DNA of 64,000 nucleotides from Oikopleura dioica. Its lineage: Eukaryota > Animalia > Chordata. Location: NCBI GenBank assembly GCA_907165135.1, contig OU015566.1:5642001-5706000 (forward strand), written 5' to 3'. Numbering within the stretch: position 1 is the stretch's first letter; every line of letters begins with the position of its first letter. A model generated the notes under the pieces. The model searched no databases. It saw only the letters and a list, made by a program, of their open reading frames with translations, and was not told the DNA's origin. This document shows, one piece after another, positions 24,314-35,418 of this stretch. The position numbers and the translations under genes are program-made.

Positions 24314-25790
24314 AATTCATCCATCACGAGCTCCTCAAACTCAAAATTCCGCAACTAAGAGGAATCAAAGGCGAAGACCAGGTTCCAAGCTCAATTTTCC
24401 TTATTTCGACGCATCAAGAAAAGCCTGTTCCTTTCAATCGTGCTCTGTATTCGTACAAAAATGAGCTAACCGCCCGTGCTGAAGCGCTCAAGCACCTGGA
24501 ATTTCATGATGGTTTCGTTTTGGAAGTCAGCGGATTGAACATGCTCGATGAAATAACGATTGTTGGCGAGGCCTTTGACCCGATTTGCGGCAACCAACAA
24601 GTGAATATCGAAGGCGGAAACTCAACGTGCGTTATCTTTTCTTGTTCGGAAACCTTTATCAGTTGTCGTCTCCCGCCGAGATCGCCTGGCGCCAAACGTC
24701 TTGATGTTGAACACTTATCGAACGGCTTCGCTAAATCAAGCAGTCTTCAAGTGATTTATAGTCTTAATGTCAAGAGTGTTCATCCTCTTTCTGCAGGGAC
24801 AAATGGAGGAAACGTTATAATAATCAGAGGAGCTGGCTTTGGAGAAGACGAACCGGCAGTTGAAGTCACTATTTGTGCGTGGTATGGGCTGATTCTTCGG
24901 CAAGACCGAAGAATTGATGCTTTCAATAACACTGATTCTTCGGCAAATTGAGAATTGCCTTGAACCGAAGGATTAATGATAAAATTGACAGTGATTCTTC
25001 GGCAAATTTTCTAGAATCCATTATCAGAATTCTTTTGATAACTTTTTGATTGCAACCTATGAGTCATCACTTATGAAAAAGACGTTTTCTAGAGGAAAAC
25101 ACATTTTAGCAAAAAGTATATTCTATAATTTGAGGTTAGTGTTAGGGGGCACTGGGCAAAATGACAGAACTAACTCACCCGAGGGGGATAGGCTAGGGTT
25201 AGTTAGGGTTACCGAAGGTAACCCTAAGTAACCATAGACTAGACCCCGGCATTTTAGGACCTAAGGGGCGGAGCCCCGTGGTTAGGGGCACAGGAATCTG
25301 TGAATAAATTCACCTTAGCCGAAGAATCAGTGCATCTTTTATCACTCATTCTTCGGTTCATGCCGAAGAATCAGTGTTCTTACACGCATCAATCCTTCGG
25401 CCTCCAAGCCGAAGAATTAGGCCGTATCACCTATTTGTGGTCAATTACACATTACATTGTATGCGAAATACTGACATTCAGTGTTAGCTTGGACCAGGAG
25501 ATCACCTGCAAATTGCCATTCTACGATTTTTCTCTCAAACAATGTCTCGTAAATGTTCAGTCAATCGAAGATCCTTCAACAAGCATGAGCTACGATGAGT
25601 ACTTTGTCTTTGATGAAAAACGAACTTTGAATGTAATCAAGCAAAGCGATTTATACGGGCCGAGTTCTGGAGGGTACGAATACGCCGTTACTCTTGACAA
25701 AATCAACGACTATGAGAGTGAGGGTCGAGATTTTGGTATTTTTTTTATGGAATAGGTTTTTTCACGATTTGAAAAATATGAAGAATTTGA
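24314..25790 (+). pseudogene. PKHD1L1-like IPT/TIG exon fragment, 5'-truncated and TE-disrupted
   Basis: ORFs 24520-24951 and 25300-25755 match residues of ORF 42852-46055. No promoter or N-terminus, and interrupted at 24878. Confidence 0.85.
24878..25431. mobile_element. 554-bp TIR element with 8-bp TSD, inserted in the duplicated PKHD1L1 fragment
   Basis: TATTTGTG at 24870-24877 and 25432-25439; the paralogous site at ~45654-45665 is empty. Imperfect TIR CGTGGTATGGGCTGATTCTTCGGC / GGTGATACGGCCTAATTCTTCGGC with subterminal GATTCTTCGGC repeats. Confidence 0.85.
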
Positions 25791-25896
25791 TAAAATTCAA
25801 TGAGATGCATTTTGACCTGCGAAAACTTGTAAACGACTATTTTTAGTGTTTTTTTGTTTAATGAAAGAGAGAAGAGCATTTGGGTCAAGAACGCCG

Positions 25897-28452
25897 CTAA
25901 TAATAAGTCCAAGAAAGGGTTTGATTAACTTCACACTGTTGATCACCCGGAATGGTTATTTCGATTCGGCAGGAGTAGTATGCCTCATCATAGCAGTTAA
26001 CATCATCCCATTTAAAGGATATGAATCTCATAACGCAGTCTTCGGGGCTAGACAAAAAATGATTGTCGGGCTCGCCAGAACGCCAACCAAAAACGGATAT
26101 TTCAGTGTTGGCAGTGCTGAACCATTTGTTATCACTTCCGCGAACGATTCCGAGCCACTCGTGTCGTTCTGGTTTGAACTGCTGGTTGTACGCTTCTAGC
26201 TCATCATTGCTATTGAAAAATGGTAGATGGCCTCCGATCGCGTTGCAATTGGCCTTCGCCGTTTCAAAATCCACTTGAGTATCGCCCATGTCTACATATC
26301 CGACGCAAATTTTCTAAATCGTCATTTACTGGTATTTTGAATTAAGCCTTACTGGTGGTTGCTCATTTTGCGGCTCGGTTGGTGCTTCTGTTGGTGGCTC
26401 AGTCGGTAGCTCAGTTGTTGGCTCAGCTGACGGTTCGTTGGGTGGCGACGGCAAAAAGTATTGACAGTTTTCATCAACCTTGACTACAGAATCGATTCGG
26501 CAGGAATAGTATTTCTCAAGTTCACATCTTTGAGCATTCCAATGATTCTCGTACTCGAGGCTAATCTCTACACAAGCTTCGGAATCTTTACCTCGCGTAA
26601 AAAGTAAATCTTGAAAATAGAGCTGTCCACCTAGGGTAGTGATCAGTCTGTCATTTAAATGATGGACTCCTAGCCATTCATTTCGATAAGATTTAAGTGC
26701 TTTATAGTCTTCGAGCTCATCTTTGTTGTGAAAGAAGGGGAGATGCCCTCCAATTTCGTTGCAACTATCTTCTGCAGCGTCGAAATTCAGCTTTGACTCG
26801 CCCATGTTTCGGAATTCAGTGCACAGTTTCATTTCAGCTTGACATTGTTGATCACCCGGAATGGTTTTTTCGATTCGGCAGGAGTAGTACAGCAGCCCAC
26901 GGCAGCCTAAATCATACCATTTAAGCGTAGTGGAGCTCTCAGCGCAGTCTTGGGCGCCGGTCAAATTGTCGGGCTGGCCATCGGTACGAGCCCACGCGAA
27001 AACGGATATTTCAGTGTTGGCAGTGCTGAACCATTTGTTATCACTTCCGCGAACGATTCCGAGCCATTCTCTTCGATCTGGTTTGAACGCGTTGTACGCT
27101 GCTAGCTCATCAGCGTTATTGAAAAATGGCAAATGCCCTCCGATCGCGTTGCAATTAACCTTTGCCGTTTCAAAATTGACTTTAGTATCGCCCATGTTGA
27201 CAAATCCAATACAAGTTTTCTAAAATGTCATTAACTGGTATTTTGATCTTAGGCTTACTGGTGGTGGCTCAGTTTGCGGCTCGGTTGGTGCTTCTGTTGG
27301 TGGCTCAGTCGGTGGCTCAGTCGGCGGCTCAGTCGGCGACTCAGTTGTCGGCAATGTTGTTGGCTCAGATGTTCGCTCAGTTGTTGGTTCGGTTGACGGT
27401 TCGGATGACGGTTCGGTGGCTGGTTTTGTCGGTGATTTCTTCGGCGTTTCGTTGTTTTTCAGCTGCTTAAATTTTCCATCGAAAAGAACGTTTCTCTGAC
27501 GCTGAATGAGTCTTTTCATTCTAAGGGCTTTCGCGGGGCTACGATCGTTGCAGACGAAGGCGTGGTGAAAGCTTCTGACAGACGCGTAAAAATTGTTGAG
27601 GGATAAGAGAACATCCTGGCTATCGTAATCTGGGTTGATGAAATCGTTCGGGTCACCGGAGCCGGCAAAATGGGGGGTACTGAATTGTGCCGCCCTGCGC
27701 CGCCTTGCGCCGCCCTGCGCCGCCCTGCGCCGCCCTGCGCCGCCCATCGTCGCCCGGTCCGAAACCATCCGGCTCTCATTCGACCCAACTATGACCTAGG
27801 AAACTGTTCTGAACAAGAGCGAGAGTTGGGCCCCGCCAACCCAATGAGTTCTCTACCAGAAAATGCGCGCGTAAGGGCCTCTGGCCCGTCGCGTGCTCAA
27901 TTAATTTGTGATTTTATGCCAAAATCGAAATTTGTATGAGAGTTACTCTACTGACACCCAAAATTATAGGATTACCTTTTTTAATTTTCAGACAATATAA
28001 ATATGTCAGAATAACTAACTTTATATAAAAATCTAAATTACCAGCTTTTGAAAGACAAAATATCTTCGGATCCGGCGATACCGGGCGACGCTGGGCGGCG
28101 CAGGGCGGCGCAGAGCGGCGCAGGGCGGCGCAGGGCGGCGCAAGGCGGCGCAGGGCGGCACAATTCAGTGTCTCCCGGCAAAATCGGTGCATGACTCGTC
28201 AACAAGTCCGACTAAATCATCGACTTTGTTGTAAAAGTCACGCAGTCGGTTAGCTTTCTTTTGTGCGGGGATGTTGGTGTCAGCATAGGCGGACAAGACA
28301 TCATTGTAGAGTTGATTGTAGGCGACGGTGACTTTGCTCCAAGAGGTTTGCGCGGCGGACTCGGCAGATGCAATTGCCAAGGTGACCAACGCGAGAAGCT
28401 GAATTGAAACATTTATAGCTTTTATTTATACGTCGCGAAATTTCAACTTCAT
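25897..28452 (-). CDS. Secreted multi-C-type-lectin protein, copy A (N-domain, PT linker, CTLD, CTLD, PT linker, CTLD); exon 2 interrupted by a TE
   Basis: MKLKFRD|LLALVTLAIASA signal; PTEP repeats; CTLDs with C..IGGHLP, WLG, QPD/EPD and W.D..C motifs. TE inserted at 27672. Confidence 0.85.
27672..28176. mobile_element. 505-bp TIR element with 8-bp TSD and 10-bp GC-rich subterminal repeats, in a coding exon
   Basis: GGCAAAAT at 27664-27671 and 28177-28184; empty site GCCGGCAAAATCGG at ~47850-47863. TIR GGGGGGTACTGAATTGTGCCGCCC / GGGAGACACTGAATTGTGCCGCCC, with (GCCGCCCTGC)n arrays. Confidence 0.9.
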
Positions 28453-29274
28453 AATAAAAAATTTAAGCCTCGAAATTCAATTAAAAATTGAGGTACTCGA
28501 ACAGCGTTTTTCACAAAAATTTCCAGTTTTTTATTTTAAAAGTTTCTCTTATATAAATCTCTTTTATAACCACCAAAAAGGCTCGTATTTGTCTAACCTT
28601 CATCTCAGCTAATTAAGAAAAAAGCTTTTTTCTCGAATGATGATTTGAAGAAAATCGATCTTGTATTTATGCCGTCAAGTGCGAGCCATTTCACACTTAC
28701 CCACTTAAGAATAAGCGATTACAATTGTAAGCTAAGAGTTTCACCAGATGAGGATTTATGGAATTGAACTAAGGGCTTACCCTGAGTAATGACGCTGTCT
28801 TGTTCATGGAACTTGTTCGGGACTTGAATTACAACCAGATTTTTTCATTAACAAAAAAATTCATCAGAAATACCAATATCTAGACCCTATCTTTATTATC
28901 TTTATGAATGGGGATTTCGCCAAAATGGACTGTTAAAATTTGACGCACAAGACTTCTTCCAGCAATTCAAACAGACGCTTTTTTCGCATTGTCGGCAATT
29001 GTTGATTTTGTCTTCGTTGCAATCCCCAGTGAACAGCTCACTATAAATTGTTTTTTTAAATGCAAATAAAATAGGAATTACCATTCAAAACCATCCTCTT
29101 TTTCGTAAATGGGATCAATATACAATTGTCCTTCGTAAAATGAGCATTTTACAAGGAGAAGAACTTCCTCAACTACACGAAGTACTTTCGGGGTGACCGC
29201 GCACATTCTTTTTTCAAACACTGGCGTCTCATGACTTGGACCGGACAATTGTCCCATGATGGGACTCCCATCTC

Positions 29275-29840
29275 CCTTCTTGCTCACTGCCAATCAGAAG
29301 CTGTCCACCATTCGTAATAATAATATACTGAACATTCAGTGCGATGTTATCGACGATAACTTATCGTCTTTGGATCAAGGACCTATATTCTCAAAATACC
29401 ACCAGATATCAAAATTGCTTTCAAAATTGGAGTTGATTCGTCTGATAGAATTTTTGCTCCTTTTGGAATTTCGACCAAATCTCCAGCAATAGGCGTACAA
29501 TCAGAGTTGGTCAAAAAGTATACTTAACCCTGCGCTTCAAAATTCTGCAGGGCGCCCCTCATTTTTGAAGCGCATTGAAGTACGAAATGGCTCGGAAGTA
29601 TTTTTTACCAACTCTGCGCACAATTCACATTTTCCAAGCAGCCCCACGAGTCACTCCAGTTATCGATGACTTCAAATTTTTTCATCGGAAAATTAACTTC
29701 TCCGGAGTTTTTGAAATCAATCGGATCGGAGAAGAGCCGATTGATAAGTGGGAAGAAACGTTGCATCTGACTGTTGTTTCCACTACCATAGCATCCAAGC
29801 ATTCAAGATTTTCAAAGAAAAATGTCTTATGCAGGGGTCA
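29275..29840 (-). pseudogene. Inverted PKHD1L1-like G8-domain exon fragment
   Basis: Reverse complement of ~48570-48985 (FPMKKFEVIDNWSDSW.GCLEN...IPKGAKILLDESTP), with indels and stops. Confidence 0.85.
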
Positions 29841-30268
29841 AGATATTGGTATTTCAGATGAATTTTTTTGTTAATGATAAAATCTGGTTGTAATTCAAGT
29901 CCCGAACAAGTTCCATGAACAAGACAGCGTCATTTCTCAAGGTAAGCCCTTAGTTCAGTTCCATAAATCCTCATCTGGTGAAACTCTTAGCTTACAATTG
30001 TAATCGCTTATTCTTAAGTGGGTAAGTGTGAAATGGCTCGCACTTGACGGCATAAATACAACATCAATTTTCTTCAAATCATCATTCGAGAAAAAAGCTT
30101 TTTTCTTAATTAGCTGAGATGAAGGTTAGACAAATACGAGCCTTTTTGGTGGTTATAAAAGAGATTAATATAAGAGAACCTTTAAAATAAAAAATTGAAA
30201 AATCTCGTGAAAAACGCTGTTAGAGTACCTTAATTTTTAATTGAATTTCGCTGCTTAAATTTTTCATA

Positions 30269-32090
30269 ATGAAATTAAAATCTCGCAACGAATAAATAAA
30301 AGCTTTAAATGTTTCAATTTAGCTTCTCGCGTTGGTCATCTTGGCAATCGCATCTGCCGAGTCCGCCGCGCAAACCTCTTGGAGCAAAGTCACCGTCGCC
30401 TACAATCAACTCTACAATGATGTCTTGTCCGCCTATGCTGACACCAACATCCCCCCGCAAAAGAAGGCTAACCGACTGCGCGACTTCTACAACAAAGTCA
30501 ATGATTTAGTCGGACTTGTTGACGAATCATGCACCGATTTTGCTGGCTCCGGTGACCCAAACGATTTCATCAACCCAGATTACGATAGCCAGGATATTTG
30601 CTTATCCCTCAACAATTTTTACGCGTCTGTGAAAAGCTTTCACTACGCCTTCGCCTGCAGCGATGGTAGCCCTAAGAAAGCCTTAAGAATGAAAAGACTC
30701 ATTCAGCGTCAGAGAAAAATTCTTTTCAATAACAAATTTAAACAACTTAAATGCAATGGAACGCCGAAGAAATCACCAACAGAACCACCCACCGAACCGT
30801 CGACCGAACCAACAACTGAGCCAACAACTGAGCCAACAACTGAACCACCGACTGAACCACCGACTGAGCGACCAACTGAACCACCAATCGAGCCGCAAAC
30901 TGAGCCAGTAAGTCTCGGGTTCGAAGTACAAGTGAATGAAAATGAGAATTTAGAAAATTTGCGTTGGATTTATCAACATGGGCGATGTTGAAGTCGATTT
31001 TGAAGAGGCAAAGGAAAATTGCAACTCAATCGGAGGGCATTTGCCATTTTTCAATAACGCTGCTGAGCTCGCAGCGTACAACGCGTTCAAACCAGATCGA
31101 AGAGAATGGCTCGGAATCGTTCGCGGAAGTGATAATAAGTGGTACAGCACTGCCAACACTGAAATATCCGTTTTTGCGTGGGCTCTTGCCGATAACCAGC
31201 CCGACAATTTGACCGGCAGCGAAGACTGCGTCGAGAGCTCCACTACGCTTGAATGGTATGATTTAGGCTGCACTAGATATTGGAGTACACCGAGACACTA
31301 CTCCTGCCGAATCGAAAAAACCATTCCGGGTGATCAACAATGTCAAGCTGAAATGAAACTGTGCACTGAATTCAGAAACATGGGCGAGTCAAAGCTGAAT
31401 TTCGACGCTGCAGAAGAAAGTTGCAACGCAATCGGAGGGCATCTCCCCTTCTTTCTTAATATAGCTGAGTTTAATGACTATATAGCACGCAAATCTTATC
31501 GAAATGAATGGATAGGCTGGGCGCACTTTTTTCGAAATAGATTTTGGGGTTATGATCCCGAAGCTTGTGGAGAGGTCAGCGTCGGGCACGGGAATTTTTG
31601 GAAATCTCAAAGATGTGAGCTTGAGCAATCCTATTCCTGTCGAATCGATACTGTTGTCGCGGTTGATGAACAATGCCAGGCAACGAAAACTTGCGTTGAA
31701 TTCCGACGCATGTTGTTAAGTGAACCATTTAATGAAGCAGAAGCTAGCTGCAATGCAATTGGAGGAACCCTCCCTTTTTTCAACAATATAGCTGAGCTGG
31801 ATGCTTTTAAAATCGCAAAAGGAAGTCGAAGCGAATGGCTCGGAATTGTCCGGGGAGATGACAACAACTGGTTGACTACGACCGGCGCTCAAGTCCCTTT
31901 TTACGATTGGAAAGCTAATCAGCCTGGTGGCAGGGAATCATGCGCCGAAATAGGGAACGACTTCTTATTTCCTAAGTGGCATGAATTCCCATGCTTCCTT
32001 GATAATTATTTCTCTTGCCGCATCGACACAGAAGTCCCAGTTGATCAACGGTGTGAAGTTAATCAAACCGTTTTCTTTTCCGGTTATTGA
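30269..32090 (+). CDS. Secreted multi-C-type-lectin protein, copy B (N-domain, PT linker, three CTLDs), inverted relative to A and C
   Basis: Exon 1 MKLKSRN, intron 30290-30322, ORFs 30332-30991 and 30978-32090 joined by a GTAAGT...TTTAG intron. No disabling lesion seen. Confidence 0.88.
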
Positions 32091-32504
32091 CCCAAATGTT
32101 CTTCTCTCCTTCATAAAACAAAAAAATAAAAAAAAAACTAAAAATAACCGCTAACACGTTTTTGCAGGTGAAAATGCATCTCATTGAATTAAATCCGATT
32201 CCGAAGTGGCAATTCGTCATTTATGTGAATCTTGAAAACTTATTATTATTATTATTCTTATTATTTGTATGTGTTGACGTTTAAAATATGAGTTTCCATC
32301 AGTTTATTTGTTTTTAACATTTTCGAGCAATAAGCTCTTCTTCAGAACACGAAAAGAAGGTGAAATATTTGGAACCGAAAAGTGGAGTAACCTGTATACT
32401 TGTAAGGATGGGACTGACTGAAATTTTCTAGGTGTCATAAACTTTGGCAAAAAACCAGAGCGTTTAGATTTTTACGTGCGCCCTTGGGGCGAAAATGACA
32501 GGAG

Positions 32505-32714
32505 CGCGCACGTAAAAGCCCCCATCATTTCCCCCATCCGAAGAACGTCTCTCCCGAAGTCTACACTTTCATGACAAATTGTTGGAAGAGCGACCCGCGA
32601 CTGAGGCCGGACGCAAACCAACTGGTGGCGCTGCTGAGCGAGCGGTTTGTAGACGGCCAATCAGTTGGTAGACGCAAGGCTTTCCCAGCCAAACTTCCAG
32701 CTATTTTCATGTGA
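32505..32714 (+). pseudogene. Orphan tyrosine-kinase C-terminal fragment
   Basis: Frame not listed in the ORF track: HPKNVSPEVYTFMTNCWKSDPRLRPDANQLVALL (P..C..E.Y..M..CW..DP..RP motif). No N-lobe or HRD exon found nearby. Confidence 0.6.
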
Positions 32715-33027
32715 CACCACACACCACATTTCATCGCGGTAAAATTTTTAGCGAAACAGTTAACAGGGTCGAACAGCTCTAATGGTGAATTAATTATCAT
32801 CAATCATGCACGCATCGCTCTCACTAATTTTTAATTCCTTTTTCAACTCTTGCCATTTTCCAATTCAAAATCTCAGTACGCCTTCTTGATTCAAGTTACT
32901 CAAGAATCTTGAAGAAACCCCGGGATTTCCGGCATGTTCCAACAACAGTCCAAGCTCCATCCGTGAAGGAAACACAAGTTTACTTAGACACTATCTCACG
33001 TTCTGCCTTTTAGTATTTACTCTAAAG

Positions 33028-33801
33028 TAGGGTCGGCCCTTTTCACGTGATGACCGCGGACAACTCTCATATTTTGTGGATATGTTCCTCAGGTGGGGTG
33101 TGTTAACCTGTCACATTTTGAGCCGTGTACGTCAAGATCACTAATGGTAAGTCAGCGGGTTAAAAATCAAAAAAAAAATTTTTCATTTAATCGAATTTTC
33201 CTTCAACAACAGACCAAAAAATTCACAGAGACAATTTTTCGAGCCAAAAAAGAATGATAGTAAGTAATATTTTTAAAATTTTGATTTTCGCTATTTGAAA
33301 TTAAAAAGTAAATAAGTAAATTGTAAGATAAAACCCATAAAAAAGCAAGAAATAGTAAAGACTTTAATTTTTATGAAAACGGGTGTGGGTGGGGTTGGGG
33401 ACAAAACTGAAATTGATCACCTCAGAGTTAAAACCCTCCGTCAAGCCCCTTAAAATTAAAAATCAAGGAACGGGGCTGAGACGGCCCGAAGGGCCGTCAA
33501 GCCTCTTAAAATTAAAAATCAAGGAACGGGGCTGAGACGGCCCTTTCCTTTTTAAAAATTTCAGTTGAAGAAACAGTCGATTATATTTTTCTTATCATTT
33601 TCGACTCAAAAAACGCATTGTTTAACATCCTGTTAAAAGAAAATTGAAAAAAAAAATTTTGATTTTCAACCCTCTGGCGTACCATTGTTGATCTTGGCGG
33701 ACGCCGCTCAAATTTTGCCAGGTTAACACTCTCCCCCTAGGCATCATATCCACAAAATATGAGAGTTGTCCGCGGTCATCACTAGAAAAGGGCCGACCCT
33801 A
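33028..33801. mobile_element. 774-bp hAT-like non-autonomous element
   Basis: TIR TAGGGTCGGCCCTTTTC...GAAAAGGGCCGACCCTA extending imperfectly ~150 bp. TSD CTCTAAAG at 33020-33027 and 33802-33809. Internal ~57-bp tandem duplication at ~33440-33543. Confidence 0.88.
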
Positions 33802-33901
33802 CTCTAAAGCCGTATTTACTCTCTGCCGGCAAAAATATTGCTTCAATGACAGTATGAACTCACAAAAGAAGCAACAAGAGGTTTTACTTGGTGATTTATT
33901 T

Positions 33902-33993
33902 GAGTGGTCTCCGTTTCCCCAAGTTGGGCAAACGGAGATCTTGAGCAAACGGCGACTTGGGCAAACGGCGACTTGGGAAAACGGAGACCACTC
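33902..33993. mobile_element. 92-bp Mutator-like MITE, 9-bp TSD
   Basis: GAGTGGTCTCCGTTT...AAACGGAGACCACTC; GATTTATTT at 33893-33901 and 33994-34002. Confidence 0.85.
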
Positions 33994-34149
33994 GATTTAT
34001 TTAGCTACTGTGAATTTAATTTACAGAAAATGTAAAGGAAAATAAAAATATGAAAAAGAATATTTTCTAAAAATTAAGAATTTCAAGAATACAGTGAAAA
34101 GAGGCCTTCTTCGAACATCATTTTCTGTATTTTCTGCATCAGCTCGAAA

Positions 34150-35030
34150 CTATGAACATATGTTCCGTCTGAAATATTTTTTTGCTTTTCTGAGATGAAC
34201 TGTCAAATCTTTACCTTCTCTGATAACTGTTTTCATCAGATGTTGATTTGCATTCGGATACTCTCTCGGATATTTTGTCCTACTTGCTAAAGGGTACGCT
34301 CGGGGATACTTTCTCGAAACCGGCTCATATCTTTCATTTTCTCCGAGATATTCCTCATCTTCTTCATATTTTACAAGTAGCTGGTTTTCGGTGCTTCCAT
34401 GAAGCTCAACATAGGAAAGCATTCCTCCTGACCTCTCTGGGAGGGTTTCTGTCGTTGATGTTTCTGTTGCCGTAGTTGATCTCGATGCTGTCGTTGTCGA
34501 TGTCGTAGTTGTCGTGGTTGTAGTTGTCGATATCATTGATGTTGAAGTTGTTGTTGATACTCTTGTCGATGATGCTGTTGATGTTGTTTTTTTTGCTGTT
34601 AATGTTGTTGATGTTAATCTTGTTGATGAAGCTTCTATCTTTTCTGTTGTCCACTTGCATCCGGTAAATACATTAAACGGTCCAACATTTGTGTGGCAAT
34701 TGCACGTTCTATTTCAGGCTGATAAATTCAACTCTTGATAGCAAGCATGATTAATTGGTCTTTTTCTAAATTAATCCTAAACTGAAGCCTTTCCTGTGAT
34801 ATTCGTGAGTCTCCGACTCGAGAAAGTTTTTAGTAAAGACTGTGCAAGTCGAAAATTCTGAAATGATGATTCAACGAAAAGACTAAAGTCATTGCCAGAA
34901 TTTCGCGTGGAAATTGGGGGTTGTCGAGCTGAAATGAATAAGTACAAGTCTAGTTTAGTAAAATAGTCTAGTAGTAAAATACTTTCTCTGACTCTTGTTC
35001 GTAGAAAAATTAGGGTTGACCTGAATGCTT
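34150..35030 (-). CDS. Thr/Ser-rich mucin-like hypothetical protein (5' end uncertain)
   Basis: Frame TCNCHTNVGPF...CKWTTEK...STTTTTTTTTSTTT...YPRAYPLASRTKYPREYP ending at 34150. Upstream exons unresolved. Confidence 0.5.
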
Positions 35031-35418
35031 ACCTGAATAAAGGGATGACGCAGTGACTATTTTTTTTCTTAAAAATTTATTTGTTTTCTCTATTCTTACC
35101 TTTTCAAGACTGATTTGCCGAATGGGAATAAAAACGAATCAGTTAGCGCCGCAATCTAAAAGCAGAAGAATTGATGTTTACGGGAGAAATTTATTATTTG
35201 ATTTCGTTTTATAGAAACGGCGCGTTGAGTACGCTAACCGCGACAAGATTTAAAAATAACTTGATTAAAGTGACCAGCCGAGATTCACTTGAACGCTCCA
35301 AAAAGAGCAACAATATGATAATATCTTTCCACGAAGCTAGAATCACCGAATCTTCTAGAGCAGCTGTGGTCAAGAGAATGCTTTTTATCAGATTAGATCA
35401 AATTCAAGAGACATAAAG

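Larger units (their letters stand above)
24304..28890 (+). repeat. Direct segmental duplicate of ~45100-48570 (PKHD1L1 exon fragment + nested lectin gene), with two extra TE insertions
   Basis: Near-identical sequence from AAATTCATCCATCACGAGCTCC to ATATCTAGACCC, collinear with the 45-48.5 kb region. Confidence 0.95.

Noticed and set aside
25190-25230. TTAGGG-like units as an interstitial telomere
   Set aside because: Only two or three degenerate units, inside a TIR element and part of a hairpin.
25440-25462. About 14 extra bases (TACACATTACATTG) relative to the paralog as a second excision footprint
   Set aside because: Too short to distinguish from slippage or repair filler next to the TE.
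27220-28192. ORFs with AAQGGAGRRR / PPCAALRR repeats as a repeat protein
   Set aside because: They are translations of the 10-bp subterminal repeats of the 27672-28176 element.
34406-34738. Asn/Ile-rich and Val/Asp-rich ORFs
   Set aside because: Alternate frames and antisense of the Thr-rich ACA-repeat coding sequence.
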